Source of the DNA: Camelus dromedarius
Lineage: Eukaryota
DNA: 64,000 bases
Reading direction: 5' to 3'
Assembly (NCBI RefSeq): GCF_036321535.1
Contig: NC_087436.1
Coordinates: forward strand, 116,686,001 to 116,750,000
The notes under the pieces are model-generated. The model was not told where the DNA came from. It did not search any database and saw only the letters and a program-made list of their open reading frames with translations. Shown here in pieces: positions 38,863-48,912 of the stretch (positions are counted from its first letter, which is position 1; the number at the start of each line of letters is the position of its first letter). Made by a program: the position numbers and the translations under genes.

Positions 38863-40506
38863 TTTACATTTTTTATTGAGTTATAGTCATTTTACAATGT
38901 TGTGTCAAATTCCAGTGTAGAGCACAATTTTTCAGGTATACATGAACATATATATATTCATTGGCACATTTTTTTCTCTGTGAGCTACCATAAGATCTTG
39001 TGTATATTTCCCTGTGCTAGACAGTATAATCTTGTTTATCTAGTCTACAATTTTTAAATCCCGTCTATCCCTTCCCACCCCCCGCCCCCTTGGCAACCAC
39101 AAGTTTGTATTCTATGTCTATGAGTCTGTTTCTGTTTTGTATTTATGTTCTTTTTTTTTTTTTCAGATTCCACATATGAGCGATCTCATATGGTATTTTT
39201 CTTTCTCTTTCTGGCTTATTTCACTTAGAATGACATTCTCCAGGGACACCCATGTTGCTGCAAATGGCGTTATGTTGTCGGTTTTTATGGCTGAATAGTA
39301 TTCCATTGTATAAATATACCACTTCTTCTTTATCCAGTCATCTGTTGATGGACATTTAGGCTGTCTCTGTGTCTTGGCTATTGTAAATAGTGCTGCTGTG
39401 AACATTGGGGTACAAGTGTCTTTTTGAAGTAGGGTTCCTTCTGGATATATGCCCAGGGGCAGGATAACTGGGTCATATGGTAAGTCTATTCCTAGTCTTT
39501 TGAGGAATCTCCATACTGTTTTCCACAGAGGCTGCACCAAACTGCATTCCCACCAGAAGTGCAGGAGGGTTCCCTTTTCTCCACAGCCTCTCCAGCATTT
39601 GTCATTTGTGGATTTTTGAATGATGGCTATTCTGACTGGTGTGAGGTGATACCTCATTATAGTTTTGATTTGCATTTCTCTGATAATTAGTGACATTGAG
39701 CATTTTTTCATGTGCCTATTGATCATTTGTATTTCTTTCTTGGAGAATTGCTTGTTTATGTCTTCTGCCCATTTTTGGATTGGGTTGTTTGTTTTTTTCT
39801 TATTATGTCATATGAGCTGCTTATATATTCTGGAGATCAAGCCTTTGTCGGTTTCATTTGCAAAAATTTTCTCCCATTCCATAGGTTGTCTTTTTGTTTT
39901 ACTTATGGTTTCCTTTGCTGTGCAGAAGCTTGTAAGTTTCATTAGGTCCCATTTGTTTATTCTTGCTTTTATTTCTATTGCTTGAGTAGACTGCCGTAGG
40001 AGAACATTTCTGAGAGGTATGGGAGATAATGTTTTGCCTTTATTTTCTTCAAGGAGTTTTATTGTATCTTGTCTTCTGTTTAAGTCTTTGATCCATTTTG
40101 AGTCTATTTTTGTGTATGGTGTAAGGGAGTGTTCTAACTTCATTGATTTACATGCTGCTGTCCAGTTTTCCCAACACCATTTGCTGAAGAGGCTGTCTTT
40201 ATTCCATTGTATATTCTTGCCTCCTTTGTTGAAGATTAGTTGACCAAAAGTTTGTGGATTCATTTCTGGGCTCTCTAGTCTGTTCCATTGGTCCATATGT
40301 CTGTTTTGTACCAATACCATGCTGTCTTGATGACTGTAGCTCTATAGTATTGTCTGAAGTCTGGGAGAGTTATTCCTCCAGCCTCTTTCTTTCTCTTCAG
40401 TAATGCTTTGGCAATTTTAGGTCTTTTGTGGTTCCATATAAATTTTATTATGATTTGTTCTAGTTCTGTGAAATATGTCCTGGGTAATTTGATAGGGATT
40501 GCATTA
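38863..40506 (-). mobile_element. Young 5'-truncated L1 (1.64 kb)
   Basis: Readable ORF2 C-terminus plus 3'UTR; perfect 18-bp TSD gggcatcagtattatttt at 38845-38862 and 40507-40524, followed by AA (TTTT/AA L1 endonuclease site). Confidence 0.97.
39163..40506 (-). pseudogene. L1 ORF2p C-terminal remnant including the Cys-rich CCHC motif
   Basis: ORFs 39808-40320 and 39163-39726 share a frame and are separated by one TGA (39808-39810). Motifs [11 protein letters not shown] and [18 protein letters not shown] are present. A 1-nt frameshift near 40305 breaks WYWYKNRH. Confidence 0.95.
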
Positions 40507-40719
40507 GGGCATCAGTATTATTTTAAAGTTTCCCAGGCCTCTCTGAAGGGCAAACAGGTATGAGAATACATGCTTACTTCATCTGGTGGCCATCAACTGT
40601 AGATGAATAAGCACTTCTCATTTCTGGAGACTAAAACCCAAAGGTGATATATGGCCTTGAATTAATCTTAAAGTTCAAGTTAATATTAATGGGCCATTTC
40701 TCCATATCTGAGACCCATA

Positions 40720-40835
40720 TGTTCTCAAGTAATCCTCACAAGAGCCCTACAGATAGCTGTGGTGTGACCCCCATTTTACAGATAATCAAACTGAGGCTGG
40801 GAGCAGGTGTCCCAACACATGACTAGAACGTTTCA
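40720..40835 (-). mobile_element. MIR fragment
   Basis: aatcctcaca ... ccccattttacagataatcaaactgaggct. Confidence 0.75.
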
Positions 40836-42739
40836 AGGCCAATGGTTTGCAATACCAGCTGGTAGAGAAGGTTACTTAACATGTGTGGATGTCAATTTGG
40901 TTTTATATAAAGTAAGGATGATAGTGCAGATCGTATGGGCTTATTACAGTGGATGCGAGGGATACATAAGAGGCATTCAGTGTTCATTCATATTTTTTTT
41001 GAAAATATACACATCAGAAAGGGAAGGGCCTTGTCTTTTCTGTAATACGTTACCTTCATAAAATCTACGGACGTGAAATTCTGTCTGACTCACCACATCT
41101 CTTTCTCGCCACATCCTTTACAAAATGACTAAGATCTGATAAGACCATGGTGCTCTCAGATGGGGCTTAGACATTCTGAGTAGAGCAAAGAGCAATTCGC
41201 CTTGTGGAGTGCCGTCCAATCTGTCATGTGGATGACACCACAGGGCTGACTCATCCTCTGATGTGGGTCACTAAGACCCCAAATTTTGCTTCTCAAATGC
41301 CAGAAGAGTTGGACTGTCTTCATGACATTTTAAAATTCTTTTTTGTACAATAAATTGCTCACATCTCTCAAAAGCTGCTAGTAAAATATCTCTTTGGAAT
41401 TTGTATTAAGATGTTAAAATACAAACCTAATTTGATGGTACAGATCAAATAATTTGCAAAGGTTTAAGTATAAAGCAAAAGCTAAGAATTCCTTCCCCAG
41501 CCTCTTCCCTGTCCATCCCTGCTGCCCTGTGTTCACACTTTGTCAGAGTCTTTCTGCAATTTTGCTCTGCCAGAAGCTCTATTAGAGAAGACAATAAAAT
41601 GTGAGAAATGGAATAGCAGGCTTCCAACTTTTTAAAACCATTTTTTTTGTCACCAAATATGGATGGATTGTAGTTTTTCAAATGAAACTTTTTTTGTGGA
41701 ATCTTTGAGCTGGAAGAAACCTATGGAGCCCAACCTGTTCATTATTCGGGAGAAAAAATTGAGGCTCGGAACCTCCCAATGCCTTGTTCAAGGCTACCCC
41801 TTGAACAATTCAGGGCTGGAAAGCAGCTTCCCTGGCCACCTCCCTAGGCCTCTGATCCAAGGCAATAAGCCTTGGAGGAAAGTGTCCTGTACTTTGTGAT
41901 TCCTTAACTCTGAGTGTAAGCACCAGCCAAGAGCCAGACACATGGGGAGCCTTCCATAAAGATCAACTTATGTTTTCTCATTTCAACACTGCTTCAGTAC
42001 TGCTGGTCAACACACTCAAAGGAATGAAATAACTATATAAGCAAGATATTTAAATTGTGAATGCTCCTAAAGTGGGGAAGGGGTTATAAATTTGACCTGT
42101 GTTACTCTAATTGAGTAATTTAATTCCTCTAAATAGTAATATCCAAAAATCAGTGTCAATAACCCTAGATACCCAAATATATAACATGACCAATGTTAAA
42201 GCAACTTGCAAATTGTACTTTGTTATACAAGTAATTGCATACCCATATTTCCATAAAGCTTATAGTTTATAAGATTTTTTCAGATGCATCAGCTTATTTC
42301 ACACGTAATTGTGGAAAAGGAAGATATGGACTTACCATTTATAAATGAGGAGAGACCACATGCTCAGAAGAGGTCACACACTACTTAATGATAGCAGCGG
42401 AGCTGAATAGAGTCCCTCAACTTCCAGTCCAGAACTCTTCCAGTATTAGATGTCCATGATTTGTATTATGTTGATAAAGATTCAAGTCTTCTTCCCGCCA
42501 CCATGGATGACGAGACAGCTTCCAAAGTGGCCATGCATGAGCTAGATACCCCACGTTCCATCCAGAGAGAACTGTCAATGCATGAGTACTTAATAGTTAC
42601 CTCCCTTTCACCTGCTGTCATTCATTGACCTAGATGTACAAGGTGAGGGGAGTGGCTGTGGGGTAATACAGAGGGTATCTGAGGACCTGAAGCTTAGTCC
42701 TAGTTCTTTAATAACTTTCCTTCAATTACTGGTCCAAGA

Positions 42740-43205
42740 TCACACAGCTCATATCCAAATCTCATCCTTTGTCATGTGCAGTCCTTGACAATCAACCCAG
42801 TGGTCCTTCCCAAGCCCGTTGCCACATGCTATCAACATCCAAGCTGCTGGCTTCCATGGTCCCACCAAGCTGTGCAAAGCCTCTGTGTCACACTATGTAT
42901 TCTAACCTCACACTTTTGCAAATGGCATCCCATTTGCCCAGAGCACCTTCCTTAATTCTAAGCCAGGAAGATGCTGACTTATTCTGCAATCTCCAGCTCA
43001 ACTATTATCTCCTTTATGAAGATTCCACTGGCTGTCCAAGGCAGAGTTAGGATTTTGTTTTTTTGTTTGTTTGATCTGCATCTGTTTGATACAGAATCTA
43101 TCTCATGCTGAGTCTCAGGCATGCCTGGAGGCAGGGAATGTTTCTTATTAGTTAGTTTCAGTAAATCATGATCAGATAGATGAACGGATGAATGGATGGA
43201 CACAG
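42740..43205 (+). mobile_element. L2 3' fragment
   Basis: ctccagctcaactattatctcctttatgaag ... ggaatgtttcttatt ... gatgaacggatgaatggatgg. Confidence 0.55.
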
Positions 43206-43349
43206 GGATGGCAGAATGATCTAGGAGTAGTAACTGGCTAGGAAACAGAATGTTTGAGTCCTATGAGCCTGGGCTCTTATTGCAGATGGGTGATCTTGGG
43301 CGCATAATTTAACCTCCTGGAGCCTCATTCCTTTTAACAGTGAGATCCA

Positions 43350-43775
43350 CTCTCAAACCTACTACTCTCAGCTGGGAGCCCCAGGGGGCTGATGGATAGA
43401 AACCATGCCAATGGCTCCTCTCACTTGGCTTCCTGTTGAGTTCGGCTGATGGGAGACAGCAACAAAAGAGATTCGGGGTAGGAGGGGTCTGAGATGCAGA
43501 TTTTTATTCCACCTGCCGCAGCTCCCTCCCTGTGGGTCCCTCAACTGGAAGCCACAGTTCTTTTTCCACCATCCTCGACTCTGAGTCTCTGTGACCACTG
43601 GCTCCCCCGACTCCTCCAGGCCCAGGCATGGTAACAGCCCCTCCAAGGTCTTTCACTATCCTTTGTGGATTTCCTACACCCTGCCCACATCCTTTAAATG
43701 TTCTCTTTATTAAACTGTTCTCAAATTACCCAATTTGAGGGTGCCATCTGTTTCTTGCTGGAACCCCAACTGATC
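43350..43775 (+). mobile_element. LTR33-like ERVL LTR nested in a MIR (MIR halves ~43240-43345 and ~43780-43855)
   Basis: ggcttcctgttgagttcggc ... ccaggcccaggcatggtaacagc ... attaaactgttctcaaattacccaatttgagggtgccatctgtttcttgctgg. Confidence 0.8.
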
Positions 43776-43924
43776 CCGTGGGTAATATCCTTTACACCTC
43801 CCAGCATCTCTGTGTAGATTGAATGCAATCATTGATGTAAAGCCCTATTGAATACCCCCAGGGTCTCTGCTGCTAATTTATATGGTTAATGGGGCTAATG
43901 ATCTCTCCTATGTGGATGAATACA

Positions 43925-44345
43925 AGCCGCAAATAAATTGTTGCATCCTGCGTGAACCGGTTTATAAATATAATTTCCAATAAACATTTCATGACAAAAT
44001 CACACTTGGAAAAGAAAAGCGTCGCTTCTCCTGCACGCACGTGGGCTCCCCGGAGCAGAGCCTGGGCTAACGCGCCCTGGGTGCCCGGGGGAGCGCACAA
44101 TTGCACGCCAGGAAAAACAAGCTCGGGAGAGGTTCGCTCAGCTCCCCGGGGCAGATGGGATGGATGCTGACAGAAAGAGGACAGCATGTCAGAGACGAAG
44201 CCCCCTCCCCCACCCGCTCCTGAAATAAACCAATTATCTACCTGGATTGATTCCCCTGCTGTCTTTTCCTCTAAGCTGGCACCTGTATCCCATTTTAACA
44301 GGAAGTGGCAGGAACATGTTCCCCAGAATTAAAACATGGTGTGTA
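43925..44345. promoter_or_regulatory. CpG-enriched unique segment, candidate enhancer or alternative promoter
   Basis: Local CpG excess at 44020-44220; TATAAAT 43963-43969; E-box CACGTG 44038-44043; ETS CAGGAAGTG 44299-44307; palindrome GGAACATGTTCC 44311-44322. Confidence 0.45.
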
Positions 44346-44379
44346 AGGCCCAATAATGAGCTTGCTTTTGTTTCCGCAG

Positions 44380-44432
44380 GCTGAGCTGAAGATCCCTCTC
44401 ATTTGCCCGGTGCCAAGAACGATGAACAGGCA
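44380..44432 (+). other. Candidate 53-nt spliced exon of an unidentified host gene (5'UTR exon or start-codon exon)
   Basis: Acceptor cttgcttttgtttccgcag|G and donor GCA|gtaagt in unique CpG-retaining DNA; ATG at 44422 with A at -3. Confidence 0.55.
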
Positions 44433-46097
44433 GTAAGTACCGCAACGTCGCTGTGAGCACGAGTCCCCTGGCTCCTAGTCGGGATGGGAGTCAGGTCCTG
44501 GAGTAGCGCTGAGGAGGGATGCCAGTGCGTCCCCACGTGGATGTGTGAGTGCTCAGTGAGCACCTGCCCCATTAACAGCGAATTTTTTTGCGGGCAGGCC
44601 CCTTGTTGTCCCCCAGAGCAGATTCATGGATGCAGGGGGGTCGTGGGAGCAGGGTGCAGGGACTAGAGACACTCAGCACCAGAATGCCAGGAGGGCATCC
44701 GAAACCACCCATCACTTCACACCCACGTGTAACATGAGAAGGAAAAGGCCAGCAGTTTGCACCCTCATTCCCACCGCAGAGAACCCGGAATCCCACCTTC
44801 TCTTTGTGGAGCACCTGGGGTGGGTGATGTGGTCGGTTGGGGATATCCAAATGTGTATCTGAATCAGTAGAAAGTTCGTCCCATACCTAATGTCTATGAA
44901 TATAATAAAAAAGGTAGCAGGCCTCCAAGTTGTAAGAAAACAAAAGACCTTTAAATTGAGAAAGTTAGTGTACTAATTTTAGAATCAGTCTACGTATCTA
45001 TTTATTTGCTTTATTTTGCCAATTGGAAAGGCAGTATGGTTCTTCTCTGTGTGAAATGAGCAGTCGTTGTGTGAAAACAAACATGAGATTCAGACTCAGG
45101 CAGGCCTGGTGTAAATACCTTGCCTTGTCTGGTCACTGTACAGCTGTACATTATTCAGGAAGTTACCTGACCCCTGGAGATTTGAGAAGTTACTTACAAC
45201 CCTCCTCCGGAAAGTAGGATCTGACCTGGAGAGGAGGAGTGCCTGGCTCCTGGGTGGATCCCTGGTCCTAGAGGGAGGCTGATGGACAGCCCAGGGTAAC
45301 CAGGTGATGTCTGGGCCGCACAGGCAGCCGCTAGGCACATGGTTGGTGCCCAGGGTGGCACAAAGGCAGCAGCCCCAGCTTCAGACCCATATCCCTCTTT
45401 GGTGACAAAGTGGGGTTACTCTGACAATCTCAGCAATATTTGCTGTGAGTTTCCCTTTGGCTTTGTAGTCAAGAATCCCTACCCTTCAGCCCTTGCTTCT
45501 GTTTCTCTCCATGGTGGCATCCTGTGCCGAGGGTCTCCTTCGTAAAGAGGAGTGGCATCTCCCTCTCATGACTCGGGGTAGCTTTGTTTTTCAGCCACAC
45601 AGTGAGCTCTTGGCAATTGCTTCTGATCAAGCTTTCCAAAGAGCACTTTTTGAATTTAGCTTTAGAGTCACATCAGATGTGAAGATGCCAATACATAGAC
45701 CAGAAAACAGACCAAATCGTCATAAATTCATAAACATTAGTTTTCTCCTGTAAGGTTGCTGAATCTGAATCTGTACTTTTATAAGATCCCCAGTTGATTT
45801 ATAGTCACATTAAAGTTTGAGAAGCATCTGACTGAAGAACAATGGTTCCCAGAGCCATTTCCGTCCTGGCAGCCTGCACAGGTAGCTCTGATATTTATCA
45901 AGATGTGACTCAGAGAAGTCAGTCACGAATTGGATGTTGCATGAGCACAATAAATTGGAAATTTGCTTCGCTCCACCTACACATGTACATGCACACATAG
46001 CTAACTACACACACACATACACACACAGGGTTTTGTTCTGCTATGCCTGGGGGAGCACCCCTTCCTCTATGAAAAGCATTAAACCAGTTAATTCAAG

Positions 46098-46665
46098 GCA
46101 GTAGATTTTAAACCTGGCTGATCAGTAGAATAATCAAGGAAGCTTTAAACAAACAGCAGCTTCAGTGACCTTCCCCCGACCAAAGAAATCAGAATACCTG
46201 GACCGTGGGATGTTCTTTTTTTTTCATTTTTCAGTTTTATTAGGTAGAATTGTTACAATTTGACCACACATATAGAATATATTTTCATGTAAATACATGT
46301 ACACAATATACTGTACATATTTTTAAATTTACGTATATGTACTGTTCACTGTTTCTAAGTGCTTAGAGCTTTAGCTTTTTAAACTTACATAGTTATCAAA
46401 GGAATAAAGCCAACCACAAAATAAGAATGAATTCAAAAAGATACATACACCCCACTATTAATGGCATTATTTATAATTGCCAAGATATGGAAGCATCATA
46501 GGTGAACATCAACAGATGAATGGATAAAGAAGATGCAGCTTATATATGCAATGGAATACAACTCACCCATAAGAAAGAAGGATATTTTGCCATTTGCAGC
46601 CCTTCATTCCAGTGGGATGTTCTTTTAACGCTCAACTGAGTCTAGTCTGTAGCACAGCTTTCAAA
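46098..46665. mobile_element. MER5A1-like hAT MITE split by a retro-insertion (left part ~46098-46219, right part 46612-46665)
   Basis: aacctggctgatcagtagaataatcaaggaagctttaaa ... aaatcagaatacctgg ... ttctttt|aacgctc. Confidence 0.55.
46220..46611 (-). mobile_element. TSD-flanked chimeric retrocopy: non-L1 polyadenylated segment plus oppositely oriented L1 ORF2 piece
   Basis: 15-bp TSD gtgggatgttctttt at 46205-46219 and 46612-46626; poly(T) and tttatt (46236-46241) at the left end; + strand L1 ORF2 3' sequence at ~46430-46600. Confidence 0.8.
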
Positions 46666-47519
46666 ATGTGGTGTAACACATCTCCCAATTCTATAATCTG
46701 GAATTCTGATTTTATAACGTGGAATCTTTAATGGTCTTTGTAACTACAGCTAATTTCTTACTCTCTCCATTTGGGCACTTTTACAAAGAAGGAATGAATA
46801 AACACAAATAAAAGGATGATATAGAAATAGGTTATATATTTATACACATGCACACACATATAGATGTATATGTATATACACACACACATACACACGAGTA
46901 AGTACGCATACGTGCATTTCCCTTTAAGTGTATCAGCTGGGTCAAAAGCATTTACTGACTAGTACACACTTTGCTGGGCACTGAGCCTGGCACCTCCCTT
47001 ACAAAGATGAACAGGATCTAGTCCCTGCCCTCAAAAAGCATTAGCCGTAAGTTAAGAAAATCATTTTCGTATTACGTAGGAAGTGATGGGAAGACTCCAC
47101 AAAGCTATGGCGTCCCGATGTCCTGATTCTAAATTGCCTCTGAAATCAGCAGGCTAGTCTACATGAACTGTCTCAGCATCAAAACTTGCCCTCTGTCCAT
47201 TACGCCCTCAGGGCTGGACACCGGAGTCTCAGATTTGGCTTCCAGTATCTCTTCATCATTCTGGACAGAACAGATTAGATCCCTGGTGCTGCGGTTCTGA
47301 GTGTTTGGGGAGAGACGAGGTCGCTAGAGTGATTGCTTCCCGGCCCTTCCAGTAAGCAAACACCCTCTCTGGCCAGGCTCCTGTGGGAACTCAGGGGAAG
47401 ATGCTCTCATACATCCCGGACAGGGGGCTGATGGGAGAGCCAGTGCCCTCAAGGCGTCCACTTTGAAATGTGCTAAAGAGTTCTAACAGTAAACTAGCTT
47501 TGTTCATCCTGAAAATGAC

Positions 47520-47760
47520 TCCTAGGCCTCACAGAAATTTTAGAAAATATACAGAAGTACCAAGAAGAAAATGAAAATCCCCAATTATGCCAGTGGCCAG
47601 AAATAACCACTCTTTTGTTACAGATTTCATTTTCTATATCTTTGTGTGATATTTTGACATTTCAGGAAGCCTACTTTTAAAACTTGTACTGCTTTCAGTT
47701 ATTCGTAATGCTTTGTATTATGACCCTTGGCCCACATGAGTAAATCTTTTTTAAAAATCA
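47520..47760 (-). mobile_element. Old L1ME-like 3' remnant
   Basis: ttagaaaatatacagaagtaccaagaagaaaatgaaaatc ... cagaaataaccact. Confidence 0.5.
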
Positions 47761-47788
47761 GGGTGTTATTAAGAGTAATGCTTAAAAA

Positions 47789-48101
47789 AGGTTCACTATC
47801 CCTTATCCATCATTCCAAAGCCGATAGGCTTCAGGATACTGAAAACTTCTCCATAACTAATTTGATGACAAAATGCGACCTCCAGTAAGGTGAAGTGCCG
47901 TATGTTCTTTGTTTGACCCACTTGGTATGAATATCCGTGTGTCACTGTAGGAACAGGAACGTGTTTAATGAACGGGTGCTGCTTCAGAGCTTACTGGGGA
48001 TATTACATAGGATTCAACACAGGCACAATATTACTTTCCTAAAATCCAAAATATCCTGAACCCCTAGCCCTAAGGAATTTGGAGAACAAATGGTGGATCT
48101 A
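47789..48101. mobile_element. TcMar-Tigger MITE (MER46C-like)
   Basis: Degenerate TIRs aggttcactatcccttatcc ... ggagaacaaatggtggatct; internal ctttcctaaaatccaaaa. Confidence 0.65.
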
Positions 48102-48749
48102 TATTTTATCTGGTGGTTTTTCTCTTGACCTTGATGTTGGATGTTTCAGTTGTTACCTATAAAGTTTTACGAGGCAGTTTTATTGCCAAGATTTAACGTA
48201 ATACTTTACACCCTAGGAGTGTTAGAATAGGCTGTGTCCCCTGGTTCCTAGCATGCGGTGCTATGTCGCATGTAACACAATTATTCTGTGATAGTCTAGT
48301 ATTACATAGGAACGCAAGTTTAATCAAATTCTTTAACAATAATCTAGTGTTTCTTTTCTTGCTTCGGGGAACTTGTCTTTCACGTCTATTTTGGAAACAG
48401 TTTTGATGGTAGATAAAAATTAGAGTTTGTCTCAAAAAGAGAGAATCTTAGAGGTTTGGAATTCAAGCTTCCACACATGGCTGTAACCCCATTAGCAACA
48501 GCTCTGTGAGATAGAATTGAGGCTCTTTTGTTTTTTCCAGCGTGCACATGTAGCTTTTATTAGGCAATGTATGCTGTGGTTAAAACCAATTACCAAGGCT
48601 AATTTCAGCTTCGGGTCACCCAAGATCGTTTTAACCCCAAAACTTCTCTTCCCGTTTTGGCTCTGGATTTATGTTTTCAGATGATTGGACTCTGTAGGTA
48701 AATGTACAGAAGTGACTGATCATTGTTCTCACGTGAAGGCTTCTTCATT

Positions 48750-48912
48750 ACTTTATAAGTGTACAGTGTTTTTTAGTATATTTATGGAACTGGGCAACCA
48801 TCACCCACATCAATTTTAGTATTTTTATATTCCCTATATATTGCAGATACAAGTTCCTTACCAGATGTCTGAACATTTTCATCAACCCCAAAAGAAACCC
48901 CTTACCATTTAG
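48750..48912 (-). mobile_element. L1MB-like 3' remnant
   Basis: aagtgtacagtgttttttagtatattta ... gcaaccatcacc ... gaacattttcatcaaccccaaaagaaaccc. Confidence 0.75.

Larger units (their letters stand above)
38765..40572. mobile_element. MER5A1-like hAT MITE split by the young L1 (left part ~38765-38862, right part 40507-40572)
   Basis: gggcatcagtattattttaaagtttcccagg matches the MER5A1 motif gggcatcagtatttttaaaagctccccagg; ends tgagaatacatg. Confidence 0.6.

Noticed and set aside
39665..40243. Hydrophobic + strand ORFs resembling membrane proteins
   Set aside because: Antisense reading of L1 ORF2; the same applies to 2948-3361 and the ORFs in 53-57 kb
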